Origin: Octopus sinensis
Taxonomy: Eukaryota
Direction of reading: 5' to 3'
Length of the DNA stretch: 47,201 bases
Assembly: GCF_006345805.1 (NCBI RefSeq)
Contig: NW_021834613.1
Coordinates: 1 to 47,201 of the forward strand
Part shown: piece by piece, positions 35,532 through 47,201 of the stretch
Layout: each line of letters opens with the position of its first letter
Position numbering within the stretch: the first letter of the stretch is position 1
The notes under the pieces: generated by a model
The model's input: the letters and a program-made list of their open reading frames with translations, nothing else
Told to the model about the DNA's origin: nothing
The model's database searches: none
Program-made: the position numbers and the translations under genes

Positions 35532-36487
35532 ACAGGTGTGAATGCAGGTGTGTATACAAATATGTATATCCACATAATCAGGTGTCTTTGTGTACATATG
35601 TGTGTACGTGTGAGTGCGTGCGTGCCTGTGCGTGTGCGCGTATGTATGTGTGTGCCTATACTGGATGTAAATATTTATTATATATATATATATATGCATG
35701 CCAATCTATATGTGTGCGACAGTGTATAGGAAGGTGAGTGTTGAAATAAGGGCGTGTTAACGTGTAGACAAGGTACAATAAGCTGGGCTGCCTTCCAAAA
35801 CTTTTCGACATTTATCACCAGAATCTCCAATTGGCATTTTACGTCAAATGCTAAGGTAGTTTATCTCACTTATTCTTACAGCCTAAATACTCCTAACCTT
35901 CTTCTTCTTCCTTTACCTCACCAAACACCACTTCGTCGATCCGTAGGGGATTCAGGTGTTTCACAGATACACAGTTCACCGTTACATTAATGATCTGTCA
36001 ACTTGTATTAATGCTAGGTAGAAATTATTTCTCTCCTTCACTAATAATTTTACAACAGCAATTAACAGCTACTGCTCTCGTGACACTAAATTCCCTGCAG
36101 TCAATTAGCCATTCTTTAAAAAAATTTGACACAACTTTTAGGCATCAAGACCTTAGAGTAGCGGGGAAATCCATATGCATGGCCATTTGGTTTGCTAGAA
36201 ACAACAGTCAAACTTACTCAAATTAAAAGGTTTTAAAAGGTACAACACAGAGTAAGCTGATCCTTGACGTACTATACTGAAAAAGTAAATGACAGTCACA
36301 AGTGATGGTCTCGGATGGTATGCATTTACATTTTAGTTGTAACTGATCTGCGTGGCCTACCGGTTAACGGTGTTGGCCTCCCGACTATACAGTGACGGTT
36401 TCGATTCTCGAACAACACAATACGTTCTATCATTGAGCAAAATGTATCGCTTTGTGTAGCTTTGAAATGAGTACCAATAGGATCTGA

Positions 36488-36790
36488 AAGGTGCATGGCT
36501 AAGTGGTTAGAACATCGAGCTCACTGTCATGAGGTAGTGAGTTCAGTTCCCGGACCGGGTTGTATGTTTTGTTCTTGGGCAAGGTACTTTATTTCACGTT
36601 GCTCTAGTTAACTCAGCTGTAGAAATGAGTTGCGACATCACTGGTGCCAAAGCTGTATCGGCCCCTTTGCCTTTCCATTGGATGACATCGGTGGCGTGGA
36701 GAGGATAGAGTAGTATAAGCGACTGCTGGTCTTCCATAAACAACCTTGCCTGCATTTGTATCTCGAAAGGGCAACTTTCTAGGTGCGTTC
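36488..36790 (+). mobile_element. SINE family D (tRNA-like head, 'ttgggcaaggtactt' CORE-like segment)
   Basis: A-box-like 'tggctaagtggttaga', B-box-like 'gagttcagttccc'. Confidence 0.75.
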
Positions 36791-38560
36791 TTATTGTCAC
36801 TCATGATTGAAGGGTTTCTTTACCATTTTTTTATGTTCAGTGGACTGGTGACCCGTCCGGAGGAGAGGCTTGTAATCTCAGCTCTTTAGGTGCCTTGGAA
36901 TATTGTATAAGCTTCAGTATAATAAACTTGTTATCATGGGACACGTTTTAACATTTATTAAACTGCTTGACCAGAGCTGTGGCTGAATACGTCAGTTACG
37001 AATCGTATCACCAAGCTTTTGGCAAAATTTGATGCAGATTCTCGGCTCAACATTTTGTGTCATGATCAATAAGACTATCACATGATACACACGTTCCTTC
37101 CAAGCACTGCTGTAAACAGCAGAATTGAGTTATAACGTTAGAACTTAGTGCGCATGCACAGTAGAGTTCAAGGTGAATCTTCGCCATGCGGCTTTACTCT
37201 GTGTGCCTTAACTTCGTTACTATGGCAACAGTCCGGATTTTTATTGATCAGACAACGTCTATGTGTCTGTGAGCATGTAAGTTTGGATGCGTGTTGTGTA
37301 TATACATTTATATAAGTAGCGAGTGAGAGAGAGACAGACAGAAAGGGAAGAAAGGGATGAAAAGACGATTGTATATATACATATATATATATAAGATACA
37401 AAATGGGACAAGAACGCAAAACATCCAAATAGACGATACAAAACACGGACGGGTCATTCGAAGCCTTTAATCTTCAGTCAAGAATCTGATCATCCTCGCA
37501 ACTTCGGCTGATTAATCTTGAGATTGCTCCAGTCTGGCCAACCCCAAGGAAAAACTAAGCTAAGAGCATTAGATTCGTTGGAAGAAAGCATCGAATGTAT
37601 ACGAAACAAGGACGGAAAAACGGACGATGTTACACGAATATAAATACAAATATAATACAAAAAAAAAAAATAATACGAAGACATAACAACAGGCGTATTT
37701 CGACTGGGGACGAACTGAATTCAGCTGACGTTGAGAATTAAGCCTTACGGCAGCGGAAAAGAACAATGTGACAGTGACCGTGGTCCGACGCAAAAGGGCT
37801 AGTAGTCGGCCAGCGGTCACGTGAGAAGAGAAGAGAGAGAAAAAGAGGAGCAAAGGTATTAAGGAGGGGGTGAAGAGAGAAAAAGAGGAACAAAGGAATT
37901 AAGGAGGAGAGAAGAAAGAGAGAGCGTGTAGACCGAAGATCAAGGATACATATATAGGGAGGGTTTACGGAAAAAAACAAAAGACGAAGACGGGAGGTGT
38001 ACAAAATAAACAGATGTATTAGTATAACGCTCAGGAATAGAAAAAGTCTTTTACATTTCGAGCCTACGCTCTTCTACAGAAAGGGACACACACATATATA
38101 TATATATATGTATGTATGTGTTTGTGTGAAAGTATGTGTGTATGTGTTTTTATTTATGTGCATGTGTACGTGTGTCTGTTTGTTTCTCATCTTGTACATG
38201 TACGAATCTGTAATATTGATTATCCATTGAAAGTGTATATAAGATGCAAGCCACCGCTCAGATTAGAGAGGAATTTTCGATTTGCTGTTTGGAGAAGACA
38301 AATCTGGTAGATGAACTCTGACCTTTTTCACCTTCCAATTGTATCGTTACTTGTCGTTTCTGGAATGTAGATATTTGTAACTTTTCAGATTCCACTGACT
38401 TAGTTTTCGTTCCTTCTCACAAAGACATGTTCGGATAATAATGATAACAATGTTTAAAAATATACAACTAATATATCTATCTATCTATCTATCTACCTAT
38501 CTATCTATCTATCTATCTATCTATCTGTCTGTCAGCCTGTCTGTCTATCTATCTATTTAT

Positions 38561-38797
38561 CTACTCTATCCTCTCCACGCCACCGATGTCATCCGATACA
38601 GCTTTGGCACCAGTGATGTCGCAACTCATTTCTACAGCTGAGTTAACTAGAGCAACGTGAAATAAAGTACCTTGCCCAAGAACAAAACATACAACCCGGT
38701 CCGGGAACTGAACTCACTACCTCATGACAGTGAGCTCGATGTTCTAACCACTTAGCCATGCACCTTTCAGATCCTATTGGTACTCATTTCAAAGCTA
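38561..38797 (-). repeat. Near-perfect inverted duplicate of 36457-36713 lacking 36661-36680
   Basis: Base-by-base reverse-complement match that includes about 30 bp upstream of the SINE head. Confidence 0.92.
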
Positions 38798-39226
38798 TCT
38801 CCCTATCAAACTTTCTCTCTTTCTCTCTCTCTCACTTTATCTATCTCTCTCACTTTCTCTCTCTCCCACTCTCTCTCTCTCTCCTCTCCTCTCTCTCTCT
38901 ATATATATATATATAGATATATATATATATATATAATATATATAATATATATATATATATATAGATATGTATGTGTCTCTATATGTTATATATTTACATA
39001 TATATGTATATATATAGTTATTTTATTTGTAAAGTTTTTTTTCTTTGCTTCACATTTTTTTAGCTTTTCTTTAAATACTGTTTTCCTACCACTCATGCGT
39101 CGAAATCGACGTTAGTAACCATCAGAGTAAGTGAATGTATATTTGTATATATCTATACATACACACGTGTGTATGTGTGTATATTATATGTGTGTGTGTG
39201 TGTATAAGTACATACATACGCATATA

Positions 39227-39285
<59 letters not shown>

Positions 39286-39661
39286 GTATGTGTTTGTATG
39301 TGTGAGTAAAACGAATATCTTTATAGGAATTCTGTGGGGAGATGAGTCTATCCATCCATGTTCCTACTTGCATAAATAGTTGTAGTTCAAAGAATGTTTG
39401 TATACCATTGTATTATAAGGGACCAGATGTGTGGTCCGGTGTCAGGAACAATTACCGTTTCCAAAATTCTAATGGTCGAAGACCAAACCGTTGACAGAAT
39501 CTGTCAGTCAGCGTTCCGCCCTTCCAGTCAAGTCGATGTTTTGAGATTCTTCGTTAGCCGTTGCGTGCTACGTACGTATGGCCTGTTTCCATATCCCAGT
39601 TGCTAGCTAGCTGGCTCCCACATACATATCTATCTATTGTTTGATTGAATGTTACACACTA

Positions 39662-39671
39662 ATAACTCCCT

Positions 39672-39705
<34 letters not shown>

Positions 39706-39766
39706 AACCACCACCACCACCAACAACAACAACACCAACACCACCAAAACCACCACCACCACCACA

Positions 39767-39810
<44 letters not shown>

Positions 39811-40131
39811 ATACACCACCACTACTACTACTACTACTACTGCTACTACTACTACTACTACTACTACTATTACTACTACTACTACTATTACTACTACTAC
39901 CACCACCACCACCACCAACACCACTACTACTACCACCACCACCACCACCAACACCACTACTACTACCACCACCACCCACCCACCACCACAAACCCACTAC
40001 TACTACTACTAACACCACCACCACCACAACCAACACCAAACACCACTACTAATCTACTACTACCACCACCACCACCACCACCACCATACACTACTACTAC
40101 TAACTATTACCACCACCAACACACCACCACC

Positions 40132-40167
<36 letters not shown>

Positions 40168-40170
40168 GCT
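39662..40170. repeat. (TAC)n/(CAC)n/(AAC)n compound trinucleotide repeat
   Basis: Read directly; source of the poly-T/Y/H/V/G ORFs. Confidence 0.95.
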
Positions 40171-40552
40171 GCTGTTTCTTTTTCTTCTTTTGTAAATTCC
40201 AACTAAACAAAGCGGTTAGTGGGATTTGAAAACCATCCCTCTAGTAAAGGTCATGACAGCCAACATACGCTAGTTATTTGGAGGGCAGTAAGGCAATGAG
40301 GAAATGGTTTGGCTGGCGTCAGGCCAACTTCAGCCACCGGAAACTCCGTAAATAACATGCTTTCAGTATGCATGACTTTTTAATGGATGCTTTTAAAGGT
40401 TTATCCTTTACGAATTTTAACTATAATATAGCATTCTAAACGCTGACCTTAGAAAAGTGATTATGGAGGTTGGTCCGTGAAACACTAATATATAACATTA
40501 GATGTGTTCGTTTTTTTTTTCTCTGTTCTTTAATGATCTATATGATAACTGA

Positions 40553-40937
40553 GTGGAGGCGCAATGGCCCAGTGGTTAGGGCAGCGTACTCGCAGTCGTA
40601 GGATCGCGGTTTCGATTCCCAGACCGGGCGTTGTGAGTGTTTATTGAGCGAAAACACATAAAAGCTCCACGAGGCTCCGGCAGGGGATGGTGGCGATCCC
40701 TGCTGTACTCTTTCACCACAACTTTCTCTCACTCTTACTTCCTGTTTCTGTTGTACCTGTATTGCAAAGGGCCGGCCTTGTCACTCTCTGTGTCACGCTG
40801 AATATCCCCGAGAACTACGTTAAGGGTACACGTGTCTGTGGAGTGCTCAGCCACTTACACGTTAATTTCACGAGCAGGCTGTTACGTTGATCGGATCAAC
40901 CGGAACCCTCGTCGTCGTAACCGACGGAGTGCTTCCC
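40553..40937 (+). mobile_element. SINE family B, full length with a 13-bp target-site duplication (one mismatch)
   Basis: 'atatgataac(t/c)ga' at 40540-40552 and 40938-40950. Confidence 0.95.
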
Positions 40938-43252
40938 ATATGATAACCGAATCTCAGCCATTGGAGCAGAAGACGTAACGGATAATAAATTCGAAGGAAT
41001 ATGACAGAGATTCAACACAGCTGTGCTTATGGAATATTGGACAAGCTAGACAACAGGTTCGCATCTCACCCTTGCCAGTGCTCTCTGTCTTAATCATGTA
41101 GAAAATTTTCAATGTATATTCAGAAGAAAAAAGACAGCACCTGTAGCCATTTTCAAAGCCTCAAATACTAAGGAGCTGAAGTTCGGTTAAGCCCTTCACT
41201 TCTTATGGAGCATAGGCTATCGACGGCTTTTTACAAATGTATTGGTTTTGAATTGTCACCAGTGCTTCTGGAATTTGCCGTTTTCTAAGGTGAGGTTGTG
41301 GAACTACTCAAAACCGTTTTTACCTCTGAGAACTGATTCATATTAGTCTATCCGTTGACCTGTTTATCATGGTAGGCTCTTTCAGGAGCTTGCACTCCTC
41401 TGGCACTGAACACAGGGTCATTGAGACTCAAAAACCATGGCACTACAACAAGTATTGTAACTTGTGGTGTTGTCGGCTGAAATGGGGGGAAGTTATTCAT
41501 AGAAATGCTTGGGGACCCGAAAGCAAGTGTCAAATAGAGTTGTGGATCCGGGCGACAGATCACATCAACCAACAAGAAGGGGAAATAACTCCACGAAGAG
41601 CTTCAACAGTTTCCACTTATGAAGTTTCACTTAAAATTATTCAGTTTAACTGGGGGAAAACTAAAATCACCTGATCAAGGTGCTACAAACTGGAATCGAA
41701 CGTAAGATACCTTAATTTTGCAAGAAAATCAGGAACTCTACCGCTACCATCAACCACGTTTAACCGATGTAAAGTTTCTTTACCTAGCTATATTTGGTCT
41801 TTATAAACAGCAGCAAAGGTGATAAATAGATAAATTTACGATTCAGGTAAGGGATCCATGTGATTTGCTCGAAATCTCCAGTAGAGGAATCAGAAAGAGT
41901 TTAAATCCCATAGAGGTCAACTTTGCCTTTCATACCATCGGAAGCAACTATCATACCAGTACACCTCAGGGCAGTGAATTGACAGAACTCTTAACGTGTT
42001 GTATGCATTACAGTATCGGCCCCAGCCTTTCGTAGGTTGACACCAGTATCTGCAAAGATATAGATACCAAAGTGTATCGACCACGTAGGAGGCAACCTAG
42101 CCTTGAGCAATTTAGTGAGGCAAGCAGGAAAATCTTAATTGCTTGAACGGGCAACTGAAGACCTTCTACAAATCCTTTTCCCGGTCTGCGCATGCAGGTG
42201 TAGAGTGATGGCTAGTCTTGACCGATAAAGTTCAGGTCATTTAATTGTAGTCATGTTGACCGTAATTTTTATAGGTATTGCAGTGAGGTTATAATTAATT
42301 GCTTCAAAGAAAGCCAATCCTTTGTCATTAACGGTTTGTAGTGCCCACGTTCAAATCCCTTGCAAGTGATACACCTATACTTAATATACTCAATGCCCCA
42401 TCCAGAAAGAAGATAAATGGCCAGTAAGCACAGCCCCATTGATCCAATAATGCACTTAATTCATGAAAACATAAATAAAAGCAAAACAAGGAAGACCTCT
42501 CTTTTTGTAGGCGCCATGTGGCTATTATTTACATTAAAAACGAAGTGGGAATGTGAGAGATATTTATGTCTTTCTCTATATCAGTAATGGCACAAATGAA
42601 ATGATATGGCTTTTAATTTGAAATAGATATCGATATCCTATCGTCGATCAGAATATAGTTTGCGGTGTATCTCTCGACACAATAGCAGTTCAATTCTTAA
42701 TAGATATTATTTATTCCTTTATGTTTTACTTCTTTCAAAAACGTATCCTTGAATGATAACTATGATAGGAGGACATTTTGATCTGAAAGTAGAGGTTATA
42801 CGGGACAATTCTTGGTTCAATGGATCCTTCCGTGTTTGCTTCAGACTTACGCGTTACGTGTCTTGCATTTTTGAGTACAAAAACATTGCAATTAAGCATG
42901 AAATATTTCCTAGAAAACAAAGAAGAAAATAGACGAGAAGATAGGAAAAACAATGATAACATCGTATAAATGTATGTTTGTCAATACTGTGAAGATGCCT
43001 AATACTTTGGTCTTGTCCGGTCTTACTGCAGTTGGAGTTAACCTTTAAACTAATGTGAGATAATTTGCTGTCAATCACCCGTGGTCCCGTCTATAGGCTT
43101 GATCGGGACTGTTTAGTCGCTGGAGGTTGTAATTGGAGCCGCGTAATTACCATCGATAAATTAGCCCTGAGGGTTATGGCCGACGGTATGCTAGATTGTC
43201 GCTGTCGATGGCGTATAATACGCACGTGTGTGTATGTGTGTGTGTGTGTGTG

Positions 43253-43301
<49 letters not shown>

Positions 43302-44739
43302 GTGTAATGGTAGGAGTGAGAACGGGTGGAAACGCGATGAAAGTGGCGAGAGAAGAGGAACGGTAAGAGAAGTCTCAGAGGTGGTGGTGGCGGTGACAGA
43401 GGCGGAAACCTCGGTGGTGGTGGTGGTGGTGGCAACAGAAGTATTTGCGGACATGGCGGTGAGTGCAGGGGTAATGGTGGTGACGGCGGCTGCAGTGTTA
43501 GGGATGATGGTCGCCGCAATATCCTGGAGTGCGAACAATTTGTGTGTCACTGTCTATCCGTATGAGCGTATATATATATATATATATATATATGAGTTTA
43601 TGCATGTGTACATATGTGTGTATATATATATGTGCGTGTGTACATAATGTGTTTATGTGTGTGTACATATGTCTACATGTGTATACAAATACATATATAT
43701 ATATATTTATACATGTATGTATGTGTGAGTGCACGTGTGTTTGTGGGCGCATACGTGTTTATATGTGTGTTTGTGTGTAACGCTTATTATATTATGATTT
43801 CATTAAATATTTGTACTCTGGAATATAAACCTATTACATTTGGCATGTTCCAAATGCACTCATGCATTCGCATTCATTGGTTTCTTAATTAAAGAATAGT
43901 CTCGTTTGCACGGCGGATAAGGCATAGGTTACTCTGCCTGCTTGCTAAGATGACATATTAACTAAACGTTCCGAGTATGTATGGAAGGAATTAAATTATA
44001 AAAGATTTTAGCGTCTGTTTGAAAGACGGTAGTAATGGGATGAAGAACATTCTTCTGACTATTCAAAAGAACCAAAGCCAGAATCCATCCTTTCCCTCAA
44101 CCCACCGAAAAAAAGACAAAAAAAAAGTCACCACTACTACAACGACGACGAATAATAATAATAATGATAATAATGATTTCTTTTAATGGCCACAGCGATA
44201 AAATGGAGGCATTCATAATGGACGAGATCCTGGTGCAATAATTGCCTAATACAACACAATACAAATGGCGTATAATGTAATGTAATACAATACATTTTAA
44301 TGCAATTGAATGTTATAATAAAAACGGTTTTATGCAGCGAAAAACGAGAGCTAATAATCCAAGCCTACTACAATTAAAACTGTTTATAAATCCATAACGG
44401 AATAAAATAGAAAAGCACGAGAATTTGAAAAAGATGTCCAACGGAAATAGTTTTCACTTTTAGGATAAATGCATGTGAGGAATAACTCTGTCATACTTAG
44501 ACGCCTTTCTTCACTCTCCCTTTCGATGTGGATGTTCTCATGTATATATATATATATATATATTTATAGCAATTTGTATGTCTTAATTTAATGAGTGCGT
44601 ACAGTAAGAACACCATAATACTGTGGTGTTCGTCTTGGGAGACCATATTGTTTAGATGTATATGCGAAAAAGAACAGAAGCATTAATACACACACATACA
44701 TTATATTATATGTACATACGCATATATATCATATATATT

Positions 44740-44749
<10 letters not shown>

Positions 44750-44770
<21 letters not shown>

Positions 44771-44775
44771 CATAT

Positions 44776-44828
<53 letters not shown>

Positions 44829-44915
44829 TATATATATATAATATATATACACATAATATACATATATATACATATATATATATGCATATATGTTTGGGCA
44901 TATATATATATATAT

Positions 44916-44993
<78 letters not shown>

Positions 44994-45000
44994 TATATAT
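44750..45000. repeat. (TA)n microsatellite
   Basis: Read directly. Confidence 0.93.
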
Positions 45001-45375
45001 ATTATTGGTGAATTGAAGAAATGGAGCTGAACGAAGATTGAACAGAAATCGTTTTATTTCATTCTACACGTGTTTCGAAAGGCACAATTTACCAAAATCC
45101 GATTGAATAATGAGACCATATTGTGTCTTTCTCTTCAGGAAGAAATAGGAAATCCGTTGGAAAAAAAAACAAAAACAGAACAGAGGCGGAGCAAAAACAA
45201 TCGAATTAGGCTCCTAAGAGCCCATGGCAAAACTCTTAGGAGCCTAGTCGACACAATATGGTTCTCATTATTCAATCGGATTTTGGTAAATTGTGCCTTT
45301 CGAACAGTGTAGAATGAAATAAAACGATTTCTGTTCAATCTTCGTTCAGCTCCATTTCTTCATTCACCAATAATA
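44999..45375. mobile_element. Fold-back element (arms 44999-45127 and 45250-45375) carrying a hammerhead motif and an internal 14-bp hairpin
   Basis: Arms are reverse complements with a few indels; 'taggctcctaagag' (45207-45220) pairs perfectly with 'ctcttaggagccta' (45233-45246). Confidence 0.92.
45056..45146 (-). ncRNA. Type I hammerhead ribozyme with canonical core and long stem II
   Basis: Minus strand: ATTTC-TTC CTGAAGA GAAAG-A-CACAAT-(loop of about 31 nt)-ATTGTG-C-CTTTC GAAA CACGTG TA GAA-T-GAAAT; G10.1-C11.1 intact; GUA cleavage at the complement of 45065. Confidence 0.82.
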
Positions 45376-45525
45376 TTTTATTTCATTATCCGCACCAACG
45401 CACGGTTGCAACACCATATGGTGTACCTCCAACCGTGCTGTCTTCTGCTGTGATTTTTGCTACCACGGATCGGTTATTAAACTTTTGATTAATCTGCTAC
45501 AAGATTATTCATCTTTCTATTTCAT

Positions 45526-45581
<56 letters not shown>

Positions 45582-45934
45582 ATATCTATTTATATACTAT
45601 ACTATACCTCAAGGCCGTATACATATGGATATATGTGTGTAAATGTGTGTCTCCAATTTAATACAAAATGCATTTATAATTTTACTGATATCTTCCTCTG
45701 GTACCTGAGTTGGATAGATTTCACTGATGAGCCCGAACATGACCGGAACATGTCTCTTGCTTTCACGAAATTTAATTATATCTTTGGTGACATATTTGCT
45801 GCCTGTTGCTTGGAGGTTAGAGGGCTCATTTGTTTCTAATTGCGGGGACAGCTACAGGGAATATTAAAAATTCAACACACAGTGTTTACGCATTTAAATC
45901 TCTATAGCATACAAAGAGTAAACACACGCCAACC

Positions 45935-45971
<37 letters not shown>

Positions 45972-46002
45972 AGTATATATATATATATATATATTTTTTA
46001 TT

Positions 46003-46198
46003 GGTTTCAGTCATTTGACTGCGGCCATGCTGGAGTGCCGCCTTAGTCGAACAAATCACCCCATGACTTATTTTTTGTAAACCTAGTACATATTCTGTCG
46101 GGAAGGTAAACACATCAACATCGGTTGACAAAGCGTTGGTGGGGAGACGAAAACAGACACGCAAACACACACACACACACACACACACACCACACACG

Positions 46199-46237
<39 letters not shown>

Positions 46238-46395
46238 GCGAAAGGCTTCTTTCGGTTTCCATCTACCAAATCCACTCACAAGGCTTTGGTTGGCCAGGAC
46301 TATGGTAAAAAACTTGCCCAAGATGTCACGCTGTGTAGGACTGAATCGGGAAAACCATGTGGTTGGAAAGCAAGCTTCATATCACACAGCCACTC
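46003..46395 (-). mobile_element. SINE family A, diverged full length
   Basis: Reverse complement of family A from 'gtttcagtcatttgactgcggccatgctggag' to 'cacacagccactc'. Confidence 0.85.
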
Positions 46396-46413
46396 ACACG
46401 TTATATATATATA

Positions 46414-46443
<30 letters not shown>

Positions 46444-46444
<1 letters not shown>

Positions 46445-46835
46445 TAGCAGTATCGCCCGGCGTTGCTCGGGTTTGTAAGGGAATAACTATATAAGCATTT
46501 TTAGAGAGTTATAGCCCAAAAATAGCAAAAAAAATGCATTAAAAATGGAAAAAAATTATGGTAATTTTTTTTAAATCGTTGACTCATCGTAGACATTTTT
46601 AGAGAGTTACTTCCCTTATATAATAGCGAAAAAAATGGATTAAAATGGAAAAAAATTTTGGTAAATTATTTTTAAAATCGTAGACTCATCGTAGACGCGG
46701 GCTAATACCCAGAAGGGCTCGATATCAATCACGACTATAAGATACCCGGTTCTGGTTAAACTGCACCGCAAAATGTGGGAGTAGTTACGAATCTAAATCG
46801 TAGGAGACAGACACACAACTTCACTTTTATATATA
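46444..46835 (-). mobile_element. Non-autonomous Helitron, same family as 26465-26763, with an internal duplication of about 105 bp
   Basis: CTAG at 46444-46447 with the hairpin 'cccggcgttgctcggg'; the 5' end merges into (TA)n. Confidence 0.87.
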
Positions 46836-47013
46836 TATATACATGTGCGAGCTCGCGCAATGTTTGTGTGTGTGTGTGCGTACTTCGGTAAAATAAATGA
46901 TTGGAAATAGTTTTAGTGTCACGGAGGGATTAATTAGTGGTTTTGTAAGACAAATGAATTGCATCTAATATTAGATGGAGCACGAAACGGAACGAAAGAG
47001 ATGAATAACGATT

Positions 47014-47201
47014 GAAAGAAAGATTTAAGAATGAAAACGCAGAAGAAAAAAAAATTAACGAAATTGATTAAAAAAATATCAACCACAGTAGAAACGAATG
47101 AAAGAAATATTTAAGAATGAAAATACAGAAGAAAAAAAAATGAACGAAATTGATTAAAAAAATATCAACCACAGTAGAAACGAATGAAAGAAATATTTAA
47201 G
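47014..47201. repeat. 86-bp direct tandem repeat running off the window end
   Basis: 'gaaagaaa(g/t)atttaag' at 47014, 47100 and 47186. Confidence 0.85.

Noticed and set aside
35754-35990. 'ISWAAFQNFSTFI' resembling an RTE RT segment
   Set aside because: A single short motif with no supporting neighbours.
37445-37485. CTGAAGA...CGAATGACCCGTC on the minus strand
   Set aside because: No convincing stem I or stem II, and no GAAA.
43228-43647. GC-rich Val/Ala- or Gly-rich ORF
   Set aside because: Built on degenerate (GGT)n between microsatellites; no splice or domain support.
45724-45760. CTGATGA...GAACATGTC, hammerhead-like
   Set aside because: Stem II and stem I do not pair and GAAA is incomplete.

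Overview
AT-rich, microsatellite-dense eukaryotic DNA with no host exon I can support, so probably intronic or intergenic. The repeat families look like those of a coleoid cephalopod, most likely Octopus; this is an inference from remembered SINE sequences. The window holds four tRNA-headed SINE families (called A-D here), several copies with clear target-site duplications. It also holds three non-autonomous Helitrons, an RTE LINE 3' end, a stack of restriction-like-endonuclease (R4/Dong-type) LINE 3' ends in (AAT)n tracts, and a decayed Penelope-like reverse transcriptase (about 12370-13300). The main signal is a set of type I hammerhead ribozyme (HHR) motifs. A GC-rich 355-356 bp unit at 1622-2885 occurs in tandem with one inverted copy, and each unit carries an HHR resembling Schistosoma Sm-alpha, which makes it a candidate retrozyme producing a circular RNA of about 356 nt. 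Four more fold-back elements (about 23.4, 33.1, 34.3 and 45.1 kb) each carry an HHR or HHR-like motif with a palindromic stem III at the loop or inner arm edge. All structures were paired by eye; no folding, covariance search or database search was run, and activity is untested.
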